From Trichosphaerium sp. ATCC 40318 (lineage: Eukaryota; Protista; Tubulinea), in the NCBI GenBank assembly GCA_038496445.1, contig JALMLS010000013.1, positions 124,001 through 188,000 on the forward strand: a stretch of 64,000 nucleotides of DNA, written 5' to 3'. Below the pieces are notes generated by a model, which saw only the letters and a list, made by a program, of their open reading frames with translations, searched no databases and was not told the DNA's origin. The position numbers were made by a program, and so were the translations under genes. Positions within the stretch are counted from its first letter, which is position 1; each line of letters starts with the position of its first letter. Below, piece after piece: positions 1 to 12,100 of the stretch.

Positions 1-679
1 ATTGATCCTTAGACGCAATGACACGGTCTAGTGTATCACAGAGTAGTTTAGCCAAATCGTCTAGGTTTGATGTACCAGTAGACCTCATATTGAGTATAGG
101 ATCTGCTAACGTGTTCCGTAGATACTCCTGGTTTCTTTTGAAGCAAAAGTAGTACTTTAGGATCTTAGATGCTGAGCTGTTTCCTCTGAATATCGTATGT
201 TTGTTCTCTAAAGGGTTTGAAGCGATTAGGATAGGATTTGATGTGATAGAGTTGGTTTTAAGAATTGAAGCCGATAAATCGCTTGTGACACTTTAACAGT
301 ATGTAAAGCTGGTGCGTGGTAAGAGACTTATGTCGTACCTTTGGTCCGCTGTACTTCATGTTTCAAAACATGGTCAAATAACGCTACTAATTTACGTTTT
401 CGCGCACAGACTCTAACTAGAGCTGCTAGATACGGTTCGTGCTCCGGTATTTTTAATAACTCAATTTGTTGAAGCACTGTCTTGAAATCAATAGTGTACG
501 TATTCAAAGGAACCGGTTTACGCCGTTTTACAGGTTTCTTAGTCTGTTAAGTAAATTAGTACGTAAATATTACAATAAAGTACCTCAGTAGATCCGCGGA
601 GTAGCCACAGTGCCGCTATACCTGCTATACTAGAAACTACAAGTACAACTGCCGTTATAGATACTGTAGAATGATCCAT
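1..679 (-). CDS. RasGAP-domain protein with N-terminal transmembrane segment (multi-exon, runs off left edge)
   Basis: The minus-strand exon at about 1-290 translates ...HTIFRGNSSASKILKYY...QEYLRNTLADPI, matching the RasGAP FRGNS/EYL..TL motifs. The first exon MDHSTVSITAVVLVVSSIAGIAALWLL starts at ATG 679 and is followed by GT-AG introns. Confidence 0.65.
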
Positions 680-970
680 AATAGCTCTGCCTACTTGCTT
701 GGTAGTATAATGGCGGTACAACTAAAATAAAACAATAAAAACCGTTGACCGCTTAAGCTACCTTCTAATTGTACTAAACGAGAAAGAAGACATGATCCAC
801 GTTTATTTATGTAATAATACGTCTGAAAATAACAGTTTGAGTACAGTTACGCAGAGTTTTGTTGATTAGTAGCTTTTTTTTTTTTACAATTTTCTGAACT
901 TCAACGCTTTGTCTTTCTCAGTCGTATATGTTCAAAGGAAATTCCTTGAGAATGTATACCTATAACAGAC

Positions 971-2481
971 TCAATTTAGTACGTTGTTATGAAGTATTCT
1001 ATTCCGTTTTTGTACCTGTACAATACCGAAAATACCGAGAATGAAAAGAACTGTCGCAACAACAAAACTTAATACTGTTCTCGATACTTTTGAACTGAAA
1101 ATCGCTGCTAGAAGAGCTGATACACCAGAAATAAGAGAAGGTATAAGAATATATGGATAAAGAGTTTCTAAAGGGCTGACTCTTCCTTTTGATGATCCAA
1201 ACTCGAACATGCATACTACTGTTGCTGACATTGAGAAAACGAGCACGTGACTAGTTCCTGTTGCAGTAACGAGTTCCCATCTTTCCAAAAAAGCGAATAA
1301 AATTAGAATAAACACGTGACATAAATAGAGAAAATATGAGAAAAAGAAGGTGGTACCCCAAGAAAGCACAAAAACAAATAATCAGAAGAGTTCCACTTCC
1401 AACCCCTATTAACCCGCTAGCAGCCGCTGCTGCCGCTATTGCCATTATACACATACTATGAGCATAGATATTACAAGGTATACTTCTTTTGGGTTCAGGT
1501 AAGTCAGCAGTAATATCATCGAACCTAAACAAAAACAAGGTTAAACTATAGAAAAAATATATCATCGTACGATTCTGGTTGATCCATGCCTTCATAAACA
1601 GCCTTGAAATTTTACTTTAGGTATTTGCATGTAAGTACACGCGTTCTAAAAACTTACACGAACTTTGTCCTTCTTCCACTCTTGTACCCATTCTCTGACG
1701 CCTATTTCCAGAATGAATCATTTTTACTCAACAACCGCCAATCGTATTAACCGTCAAAAAGCAATTGAGTGTAAATTATCTCAAAAGAACTGAGGGCGAT
1801 AAAACGGAGTAAAATAGAAAAGGAGATGAAAAGTAAAGTGTCATCGTTTTTATAAGCGAAAAAGTTTACCTTTTATCAAAAACACTGCTGCGAATAACAA
1901 AGCCTTTGACCATTGTTAGAAACATGTCAAGATACAGAAATACATACTAGGTAACCACCACCTTGTGCCAAGAGCGTATTAATAAACTGCCATTGAAGAA
2001 AAGACGGCATCAAGTAAGTGAATCCATAAGTTATTAAACAAGCAGGAATACTAGCAAGTATAGCATACTTAAGTTCAACCTAGTCACGTGAACAACAAAT
2101 TGCGGAAAAACCAAACTTTCTAACGATATCATACCTTATTAGTTAACACGTAAGCATAGGTAACGAACAAAGCATTAGCCATATCAATAGAAATGCTAAA
2201 AACGTTATTATAAAATTATTCCGGTTTTGTTTGTTATTTCTGCCTTTTAAATGACTTAAAACTATATGTACCTAACAAATATCGCGTCTGTAGGCTTAAA
2301 ATGCCATCCACTTATTGTCATTGGTACTATGATCATCCAACTTTGCCATTGAGCTTTTTATATCACGTGTAACGTTTTATTAAACAACGTACGCTGTAAA
2401 TCCTATTGTTGCTGCTGCTATTCCCATCACAGGTGCTAAAAACACCATAAAAGCGGCATAAATAGCAAGGGAGTTTGCCAT
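971..2481 (-). CDS. TauE/SafE (TSUP) family membrane transporter, multi-exon
   Basis: Hydrophobic exons starting MANSLAIYAAFMVFLAPVMGIAAATIG. The SGLIGVGSG and ATGTS motifs are typical of TauE. The last exon is the 3' part of ORF 971-1369. Confidence 0.65.
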
Positions 2482-2721
2482 TTAGCCTTTCAAACTTTGT
2501 TTCGTTTAGAGATTCTGACTTAATCAACAGCATTTGTTTGCTTAATGGGAGCTTTGTTTAAGAGTAAAAACTTCTGTTTCACATCACTAAATGAGGTGTG
2601 CACATCCAACAGGCAGTTTACACTTCATGGCAAATTCCGCTTATGTATTAGAATCAAGGTATAATTGTAAATCCATGCGCACGTGCTAGTGCGGAACTAC
2701 TTTGTAAGTTTAAGAGAGCGT

Positions 2722-2870
2722 TTGTGACACTTGTGCGTGTCAAATCAATGTTATGTCACCTGCCAATGCCCTGAACCGTCATCTGTTTGATTTACAGTAG
2801 AACAAGTTGATAGTGTGCCAACGCCTGCAAACCTTCATCTGTTACTATTGTAAAAGATAAATCAATCTCA
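2722..2870 (-). pseudogene. Decayed fragment of the F-box/LRR family
   Basis: Minus strand reads EIDLSFTIVTDEGLQALA / HTINLFYCKS / ALAG with frameshifts. It lies about 70 bp upstream of, and inverted relative to, the intact 2943 gene. Confidence 0.75.
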
Positions 2871-2942
2871 GTTTAAGTTATAAGCAGTGCCCTTAAGTTA
2901 TGAAAAATCAATAGAAAAAGACAAGAGCGTTTATCGCACCAA

Positions 2943-4016
2943 ATGGAACATAAAACACGATTAAACCACAGATTCAACCTTGTTGCGCTACCAATTGAAT
3001 TAATAGTCCATATTCTCAAACAAGGGCCATACACACTTCGTACAGCCCAAACATGTCACCTTTTACGAGCTATTGTTCACAAGCATGTTGGATATGGTCA
3101 AATTAATGTTGAAACAGAAAACGAGGTTCAAATGCTTTGTGGCAGTCCGTTACTCCAGAATACAGTAATTGACTTCTGTTTTTCAGCAAAAATAACACAC
3201 GAGGGTTTTAAGATGTTGGCAGGTGTACATACTATCAAATTAGGCTCTTGCGAATCAATAACAGCTGAAGGGTTGAAGGCATTAGCAGGTGTACATGAGA
3301 TTGATTTGTCTCTTACAAATGTAACAGATGAAGGCTTGAAGGCGTTGTCAGGTGTACATACTATCAACTTGAGTGGCTGTAGAACAATAACAGATGATGG
3401 TATTGTGGCATTGGCAGGTGTACACGCTATAGATTTAGCATATACAAATGTAACAGATGAAGGTTTGAAGGCGTTGGCAGGTGTACATAGTATCAGATTG
3501 AGTGGCTGTATAGCAATAACAGATGAGGGTATTGCGGCATTGGCAGGTGTACATGATATAGATTTATCTGAAACAAATGTAGCAGAAGGTTTGAAGGCAT
3601 TGTCGGGCGTACATACTATCAACTTGCGCTCTTGCAAATCAATAACCGCTGAAGGATTGAAAGTATTGGCAGGTGTTTATGTAATTGACTTATCCTATAC
3701 AAACGCAACAGATGAAGGTATTGCAGCACTGGCAGGTGTACACACTATCTATTTATCATTTACAAATGTAACAGACGAAGGTGTCAAGGCGTTGGCAGGT
3801 GTATATGAGATTGATTTGTCACATACAAATGTAACAGATGAAGGTTTGAAGGCGTTGGCAGGTGTACACAAGATTAATTTCTCACGTACAAATACAACAA
3901 ATGCTGGGTTAAAGGCAATATCAGGAGTACATACCGTCTACTTGCATTACTCAGAAGATTTTGTAAGTGTTAAAGCGTTGACAGGTGCACAGGAAATACA
4001 AACAATCTATTTCTAA
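2943..4016 (+). CDS. F-box-like + leucine-rich repeat protein (21/22-aa LAGVHxIxLxxTxVTDEG units), intronless
   Basis: N-terminal LVALPIELIVHIL F-box-like motif followed by about 12 short LRRs in a 357-aa ORF. Confidence 0.85.
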   Translation: MEHKTRLNHRFNLVALPIELIVHILKQGPYTLRTAQTCHLLRAIVHKHVGYGQINVETENEVQMLCGSPLLQNTVIDFCFSAKITHEGFKMLAGVHTIKLGSCESITAEGLKALAGVHEIDLSLTNVTDEGLKALSGVHTINLSGCRTITDDGIVALAGVHAIDLAYTNVTDEGLKALAGVHSIRLSGCIAITDEGIAALAGVHDIDLSETNVAEGLKALSGVHTINLRSCKSITAEGLKVLAGVYVIDLSYTNATDEGIAALAGVHTIYLSFTNVTDEGVKALAGVYEIDLSHTNVTDEGLKALAGVHKINFSRTNTTNAGLKAISGVHTVYLHYSEDFVSVKALTGAQEIQTIYF

Positions 4017-4115
4017 CTGTTTAAGTAAATGTAAGTTGTTTTTCAGTTTGTTAAGCAGAATCTTTACTTTTTTTTTAACATTGACATGGATTCTCTCCAA
4101 TCTGGTAACGTTGGA

Positions 4116-5688
4116 CTAAGAAGAAGAACGGGTAAACCTTACAACTTGTACACCCTTGTCAAAACTTCCTTGTTGCATAAGTTCACCGCTTAGAGAGTAT
4201 ATTGTATACTCACCATTCTTACAACCTTTTAAAAAGTTTCCTATTACACCAAGCTGTCCATTATCATACCACTCTTTGTATTCTCCTTCTTCAAATCCGT
4301 CTTTATACACAAGAGATATTTTTTGTTGTCCGTTGTAGTAGTACTCTTTATAAGGACCATGTAATTTACCATCAACAAAAAAATGAACCATTTCAAGTTG
4401 TCCATTCTCAAACCATTCTCTTCCTTCACCTTGTAGCTTATCTTTTTCATAATTAATCAAAGTAGCCAAAACACCATTTTCAAACCATTCTCTTCGTTCT
4501 CCTTCCATCTTTCCTTTATCATAATATTGAAGAATCTCGATTTGTCCTGTTGGAAAGTATACCTTATATTCACCGTGTATTAAACCTCCTTTAAGACAAG
4601 TATAATCAACATTAAGTTGACCATTATCGAACCATGTTTTATAGTCTCCAAATATCTTGCCGTTGTCGTAAACACACTTTCCTTTCTTCTCACCATTCTC
4701 ATGCCATGTTTGAAGAAGACCTTCTTCTATTCCTTCAGCATGTGAACAAAGCATATGGAGTTGTCCGTTCTTGTGCCACTGTTTGAAGACGCCATGACGT
4801 TTGTTAGCTAAGTAGTGAGTGTGTACCCACATACGTCCGTTCTTATGCCATTGCTTGTACTCTCCGTGACATAAACCATCTTTGTATCCGTGAGCGATAG
4901 CCATTTGACCATTAGGATACCCAAGAAAGAAATTAGACCAAAAAGTGGAAAAAAAAGAGAAAAATGCAAAAGTCGAGTTTTGACATCACGTGATTATAGG
5001 AATGATGAGGCGTATGGCCGAGTGTGTATTTTTGTTATTATATTCAAAGCTTTTTATAAATAAGAAGGACCTACCAAGCTTTGAAAGATGCAGGTAATCC
5101 AGTGTCGTAGAAGAATTCAATTGCACATTCATCTTTAGCATAAAATACTTTTGATTCGCCATGCTGGATACCGTTCTAAATGATTCGATAAGTGGAAACG
5201 GAAAAAAATACTCCAGTTCAAACAGAGTAATAGAGCAAGGTCACTGAAGACAAGAGAAAAGAGAGAAGAGCTTTTTTTGATGATTCTCGCTTTTTTTTTT
5301 AATGAGGAACGAATTTTAGTTAAAACCAAACGAGAGCCTTACTGACGCATTTTTTGAGCGTATAAACGTACTTTGTATAACGTCCGACACATTATAAAAC
5401 CATCATCAGCCCATTTTATCCAAAGTCCATTCTTCTTCATATCGTTACTGAATCGAGTATCCATAGCTCCTTTACGACATAATTGAGGCCATTTATCAAA
5501 TACTTCTGGATCTGACTCGCAAATCAATATCTGAAGCTCTTTAGGCAGAGAAGTACTACATAGAAGCTAAGTTGACATCGTTAAGAGGCTTTTGAATGCA
5601 TTTAATGCGAAATTACATCCAATACGCGTAATTACGTATTTTGCAATGCAATATAGCCGCTTTATGCGTACAGTAAGGATTTACTCAT
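4116..5688 (-). CDS. F-box-like + MORN-variant (MORN_2/YwqK-like) repeat protein, 4 exons; last acceptor reads GG instead of AG
   Basis: Exons 5688-5672, 5555-5372, 5175-5075 and 4920-4116 join to MSKSLLTSLPKELQILICESDPEVFDKWPQL...LYK/NGIQHGESKVFY...FKAW/YPNGQMAIAHGYKDG, followed by 24-aa GEYKxWxxNGQL repeats. Confidence 0.75.
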
Positions 5689-5913
5689 TTTTGGTGAGAA
5701 ATATTAACAAATAATCTCTTTTACTCCGTTAAACGTATAACTCTCGTAATAACCTCTACTGGTAACAGTTTAAGCTGTATACTATTCTTAAATGTCAGAA
5801 AACGTATCACAGGGCAAATTATTCCAAAACAAAAAAAAAGAAACAAAAACGTGATTTTTAGACCAAATTTGGTTGTTCTTGCAGTACTCCTCCTCCATCG
5901 CTGTATTTACATA

Positions 5914-8100
5914 ATGGCATACACGGAACAAGAGTTAAACGAGCTAGAAGCTCTAATTGATGACCTGGCGATGCAGCCAGCAAAAACAGCGCCATCAGAA
6001 GAACGGGTAAACAAATTACTTTGACACGTTGTTGTGCGAGGGGTTTTTTTTGGGGTTTTAATTAAAAAACCGAATACTGTGGCCCTTGTTTTTTTTATCA
6101 CGTTGTATATCACGTGAGCGCTAATTTTTGGTTTTTATAATATACAGAGAGCACCGCAACAAAGTAGTAACCGTACGGAGCATAGACGATCACAAGTGCC
6201 GCGCCAAGCGCAAGTACGTTTTTTATTAGCAATTGTAGCGTTATTAAAAGCATTTTTTGTAAAGCAACAACAACAACACCACCAACACCACCAACAACAC
6301 CACCAACAACACCACCAACAACGTCCGCAACAGTCACAAAGACAGCAACAGTCTCAACGAAGACCTCAGTCCCAGCAAAGGCAACCACAACAAAGACAGC
6401 CCCAAGCGCAAGGGAGGTATATACCTAAGGGCGCAGTAGCCTCTCCTCTCGTTGGCGCTCAGATACGAACACAAAGGTCACCAACGTACAGACCTGGATC
6501 AGAACCAAAAAATGTACAAAGACTTCAGTTAAAACATGGTTTCTAACCTTGACTCTAGGAACGTGTACAATCCACCAGACATGGTAACTTTTTAGACGTA
6601 AGCGAAGTAGCTCCGCCACCAAGACGTACCCATAAAGTACAACCAACACTCTCAGGAGAAGATGAACTTGAGGTACAACAAAACAAAAAGAAAGAAAAAG
6701 TCGATCTGTGCTAGCTTCTAATTACCCTGGTTATGATCAATAGGCAATGCTAAGAGTAACAACTGGTGCTAAAGAAGAAAAAGTTTATAGACCAGTAACA
6801 GCATCAGGAGACGAACTTCTTCAAATGGTTGGAAATTTAGAGAGGTGCAGTTTTTTATTCTTTTTTTTTTTTCATATTGATTCGGAATTAGCAATAATCG
6901 CTTGAGTCAAAGAAAACAGACAGTCATTGATGCGGTAATTATGCTTTTCATACAGACTATTTATAATACATTGTATTCACCGTATATAGCCGCACTTGAG
7001 GCCTGTATCGTCTGATATGAACGACATAGATGACTTGTTATCTGAAGTGGAGAAAGAGCAATTGGTACGTTGAGTTGACATAATATATACATGCAATATC
7101 TTTTTGGTTAATGACGTTATTTAGGGTAAAGTAGCTCAAGAAACCGCCCAAGCAGAACGAGCTGCTGCGTTTGATCCGAAGAGTAGAATCATGGATGTTA
7201 GCGAAGCAAGTTTAGATGCTATGCTAGCATCACTAGAGGGGTAAGAAAAACTTAGAGGAATAGCAAGTAGCGATTGTTTTTTGCAATATTTTACTATTTT
7301 ATACGCGCTTGCCTTTCGTATTTTTTTCTTGCCATGGAACAGTTTAAAGATATTTGTGTTATCGTCTTATTAATAATTATAAAGGCACGGTAGTAGCTTT
7401 GGTCCAGTAGGCAACAATCCCAGAAGAGCAGAGGTTTGTATTTTTTTTATTTGCTCAAAAAAAACTATTACTTTATCATCAATCACGTGACAAGTCTCAC
7501 GTTGATGTTTAGAAAAAGAGAAGTTGTATGAAATGTGGTAACCTATATAAAGAAAGTGAGAACCGTCACGGAGCTTGTTATTACCACCCAGGAGTTTTTG
7601 TACGACATTAAATCGAGCCATGTATTTTATCATTTTTGGTTTTGTTTTTCTTATTACTAACTTTAAAAGCCGGTACGTTGACAGACAATACTTGATGTAA
7701 CTAATATCAAACCCAGACAACAGACGTACGTTTAAAAATTATGCAAGATACGTGACTTTTACTAATGCGAGTACTAGTGGAAGAGACCTAATGCGGTTCG
7801 TGTTTTTTGTTTGTTTGATTCTAATTTGCTTACTTTCTTTTAATGACTTACATGTGAATACTGTATAGGATGTACGTTAGGTTTGTGTTAAATAGTATTT
7901 ATTATACTTTTAGTATACATGGACGTGCTGTGGTAGACAAAGCCCTCAGTCTGAAGGATGCAGACCAAGTACGTTACTGTTATTACAGCCACATTAACTT
8001 TTTAATCTAGCAAAACATAGGGATAGAAGAGCCAAATTGTATGTGTATGTTATTGTAAACTCAACTAAAATCTGTGTAGTTTCCATTGATGTAAACCTTA
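5914..8100 (+). CDS. Multi-exon protein with Q/H-rich tract, LD-like motifs and a C-terminal WTCC..GC (Btk-type Zn finger-like) exon; 3' end approximate
   Basis: Exons translate MAYTEQELNELEALIDDLAM, QQQQHHQHH, DIDDLLSEVE, SLDAMLASLE and YTWTCCGRQSPQSEGCRP (7914-7968), separated by GT-AG introns. Confidence 0.5.
6265..6321 (+). repeat. CAA/CAC trinucleotide low-complexity tract (poly-Q/H)
   Basis: The sequence caacaacaacaacaccaccaacaccaccaacaacaccacc... is seen directly. Confidence 0.9.
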
Positions 8101-8161
8101 TGCAGGCAAAGGAAGAAACCGTAAAAATGTTGAACAATAAAAAAATAAAAGTAAGCTGTGC

Positions 8162-8166
8162 AAAAA
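8162..8166 (-). terminator. Pol III T-tract terminator of tRNA-Ala
   Basis: TTTTT on the minus strand, 6 nt after the tRNA 3' end. Confidence 0.65.
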
Positions 8167-8172
8167 GCTGGT

Positions 8173-8245
8173 TGGACAAGCCGGGCTTCGATCCCGGTAC
8201 CTCGCCCATGCTAAGGGCGTGTGATACCAATTACACCACTCGCCC
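8173..8245 (-). tRNA. tRNA-Ala (AGC)
   Basis: 73-nt cloverleaf GGGCGAG...CGCCC TTAGCAT GGGCG...CCGGG ATCGAAG CCCGG CTTGTCCA with the G3:U70 identity pair and a eukaryote-type A54 T-loop. Confidence 0.95.
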
Positions 8246-8835
8246 AATTGATATGTTTATTCGTTGAAGGTTTCCGAAATCATTCACTGCGACCATTTCC
8301 AAATAAGCTACAATTGTTATTTTAATTTCAACAATAGTTCAATTAACAGCAACCTAGGACTTCGACTGTCTTTATAAATGCTAAAACAACATATGACACA
8401 TTACTTTTGAAATCTTATAGTATCTGTAAACGACTACTGAAGTATCTTTGTTGGTTAAACAATAAGTTGTATAAGCAAAATCAACTATTTATTGTCAATG
8501 AAGCATGCAAGTGGCGTTTGGATTTACTCAAATCTGTGAATATAACCAGTTTTCTTGCTGGACCGTATTGTTGTATACCTCACTGAATGAGTCAGAGGTT
8601 GATTGTGAAACAATTACCATATCACAACTGTTGTACCTTATATCTGCATAAAGATATATATGAATTCCGAGGTTGCTGTTAATTGAACTATTGTTGAAAT
8701 TAAAATAACAATTGTAGCTTATTTGGAAATGGTCGCAGTGAATGATTTCGGAAACCTTCAACGAATAAACATATCAATTGGGCGAGTGGTGTAATTGGTA
8801 TCACACGCCCTTAGCATGGGCGAGGTACCGGGATC
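8190..8835. repeat. 166-bp inverted duplication (arms 8190-8355 and 8670-8835, 314-bp spacer)
   Basis: The arms read as exact reverse complements. Each holds 110 bp of tRNA 5' flank plus 56 nt of the tRNA. Confidence 0.9.
8780..8835 (+). pseudogene. 3'-truncated tRNA-Ala(AGC) copy
   Basis: Identical to the first 56 nt of the tRNA and ends at GGGATC in the T-loop. Confidence 0.85.
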
Positions 8836-9158
8836 TCTTGAGTAGCAGATTAAACAATTTAACAATGAAATTGCAATGTGAAGTGATAGTTGTCAAGTGT
8901 CAGAAGCAGCTTTAACCGTTTTTACTGAATAGATACCTACCCTTTGCTCAGAGTTTTGGCAAAAAGAGTAACGATTGACGCTGTCGAAAAAGAACTAGTA
9001 CTTCGGCGTTGTATTCACGTGTTTTGTTACTTGGCAAATACACTCTAGGTTATTACGCTAGTTGGTACCCGCATACGCACCAAAAAAAGGGTTTAACGCA
9101 AGAAGTGCGTAGAAAAGTCAACACAGGTAGTGTCGTCACTGTGCCGGTTGTCAATGTC

Positions 9159-12100
9159 ATGAGCAGCCAGCCCAAAACACGAAGAGAGCGAAGAAAATCA
9201 AAACTAGACTCTCTGAACAGTAATATACTAGGAGCACCCCGAAATGCGATCTGGAGACAGCCAACGCCGTTTAAGAAGACTCAGAACTACGCTGTTGCAA
9301 AAGAGAATGAATTCTTTCGCATGTACAAAACAAAAGCGGGTATACTCTCAAGCTGGTTTTACAGCCCAGAGTACATCATTGTGATACTGGTAAGCAAAGA
9401 TTGAACCATGATGCAAAACCAGCTTTTATTTTATTCGTTGTTTGACAATCGGAACACACTCCGTTGTTTTCTACTTATAACGAGCATCTAGAACGCAGAT
9501 AAGCAACTAATCGCTCGTGCTGAAAACGTTCATGTTATCGAAGGCCAGTGGAATTGGATATACGCTACAATATATCCCAAGCTAAGCAAGTACGTTTGCG
9601 CATTATATTTAGGTTTTTTTTTGCAGTTTGATTTTTGTTTTATTCTACAACGAATAACACGTCTCATTGTAATGAGTGTATCTTTTACTAATGTGTTTTC
9701 ATCAAAAGAGACGGGAACGAACGGGAGGAAATGTTGCGATACATCGAAAACAAGTTTAAAATACTCGCAGAGATGGATTCAAGCGAAAGTATATCCTCTG
9801 AGCGTGAAAGCGTTGAGAAATATTTTCACAAAGAATTCGGGTTACCACGCACTGAAAAGCTTGTCGTTCGTACGTCATTGTAATATATACATTATTTTTA
9901 ATACCACCAAGTGAATCTAGAGTCTTATTTGTTGACGTGACGGATTTTTTTATTATTTTCTTTAAAAACTATTAAAACCCCGTGTTTAACGTTACACATG
10001 GGCTTTGATATTATATTTTGATCGCGTATTCAGCTGTAAACAGGCGGTGAACATATTTTACTTCGAAATTCTTTTTTGAGTTTTTTTTGATCTTTCTGAT
10101 GTTTACGCACCTTCACGTCATCATTTTTTTATTTATATATGCTCACATCATCAATTAGACTGTTATTGTTCTTACTGGGATCGTGCTGCGTATCATGGTA
10201 TTCTGTACATCGGAGAAAACTATCTTTGTTTTTATTCTGCCTCTTATAACATCAAAATGATTGTACCTCTATCTAAGGTTGTCTGTACGCATGAACATCT
10301 ATTTTATCGTAAATATAAATCTAACGATTTCTGAAATAACAGCTGTCAAAAAGAGAGATGATAAACGTGAAGTCCCGGAAGCTGTAATGCTACAAACACA
10401 TGATAAAAAAGAGGTGACATTATTTTTTTTTCTTCTCATGAAATTTTTTTTTTTGTTGAAACTCTTGACGTGTAATCTGACTTTTCTTAACAGCATTTTT
10501 TGGCAAATTTTTATAATAGAGAGGATACATTTTATCTATTAGTACAAGTTTGGGATTCGTATATGGAGCGTAGGCTTAGAAAAGTTCAAAAAACGAAAAC
10601 ATATGTAAGTCCTTTTTTTTTCTGCTTGAATTTTTTATGTTCTTCTTCTCACTCGATTCTTAGGATAGGATGAGTAAGTCTTTACCTAAATTACCGGCCA
10701 TGCCTGGAAAAGAGATGGAGAGGCGACAGCGACCAAGCACAGTAAGACATCGTCAAATCAAGAAGAATTGCGTAAATCTTAACTTTTGGCTTGCAGGTTT
10801 ATTCTACAAATACCGATTTGGCGTGTATTAGACGTGATGAAGCATTTAGAAGACTTTTTAATATGCCAAAGACAGTGCAGCTTGAGAAAGGTTCGGAAAA
10901 ATAAGGTTTTATTTCTGTTGTACTGATCAGTTGTTTTAGAAGCACCCTGTTCCCTGTATCAACCTGTTAAGGTACCAGAAGGAATGATATACTTGACTGC
11001 AAATTTTATTTGCTATTACTCAAATCATCCATTTGCAAGAGTACGTAATGTCACAATTTTGAGTATTCTGTAGAGTTGCTTCTAAATAATTTTGTTTAGG
11101 TTATTATTATTGCACATGATGTGAAGGAGGTGACGTCTTTACCTGAAGAAAAAAAAATAAGAATATCATCTCTTTCTACTGGCAAGGTATGTTTTTATTG
11201 TCAGAAGAATGTTGTTTTGTGACAAAAACGTGATACAAACAGAATGGCTTAATTAACAATTTGTTAAGTTTGTCGAATTCATATTTCAAACAAATGCTGC
11301 TTATGAAGAGATAAATGATGCTTTGTATATAAAATGGCGTTTATTAACAAGAAGTTACGATACTGGAACTTTTATGAAACCCTTACCTAAAAAAACGTGC
11401 GTGTTGTGGTGTTTGGTTGGGTTTTTTGAGATTGGAAAGTTAATTTTTTTTTTGGTTTAGGAATAAAGGTGTTGATCAATTGCGTAAAATGTATAATATA
11501 ACGGACGAAGAACGTCAAAAGGCGCTAATTGTGACTTGGGATAAATATTTTAAGAAATATGGATGGGGTGACATGTGCGTTAAATGATTTGTTGTTGAAC
11601 TTTCTACGTTGTTTTTTTATGTTCTTTTCGTGTTCTTATTTGGTTTATAGGATTATTCAGACTGAAGAATTTCTTACTATGATCAGCGGTGGTATACCAG
11701 AAATGTATAGAGGTACTAAAAAGTGATTAATTATTAACTATACAGGAGAGGTATGTTGTTCAAAAAATTTACTTTTTTTTTTAATAGGAGTAATGTGGCA
11801 GCTTTGTTCTGGTGCTCTATTTCTTAAGCTTGAAAAGTTAGCTAGTGGAGTTCCTGATTACTTTAATGATCTCTTAAATGATGTAAAAATAAGTGGAGAT
11901 CCTGATACCATCGATGAAATTGAGCGTGTACGATACCAACATTTAAACGTTTTCTTTGCTAAATGTTGCTTCGTAGGATCTTGAACGTAGTTTCCCTAAG
12001 CACCCATACTTTCAATCTGCAGAAGGTATATCAAAACTACGTAATGTTTTAACTGCGTATGCATGCCGAAATGTTGATGTGGGGTATTGTCAGTCTATGG

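Noticed and set aside
3128-3637. Antisense ORFs with CTPA repeats (also 15153-15608, 18643-19092, 49016-49390) and the V/G-rich ORFs 6110-6388 and 36101-36505
   Set aside because: These are shadow frames of repetitive LRR, poly-Q and mucin coding sequence.
4116-4904. Bacterial YwqJK toxin-antitoxin module
   Set aside because: The YwqK similarity reflects only the MORN-variant repeat. No toxin partner is present, and the gene has spliceosomal introns and an F-box-like start.
7994-8267. ORFs 7994-8230 and 8037-8267
   Set aside because: They overlap the tRNA-Ala gene and look spurious.
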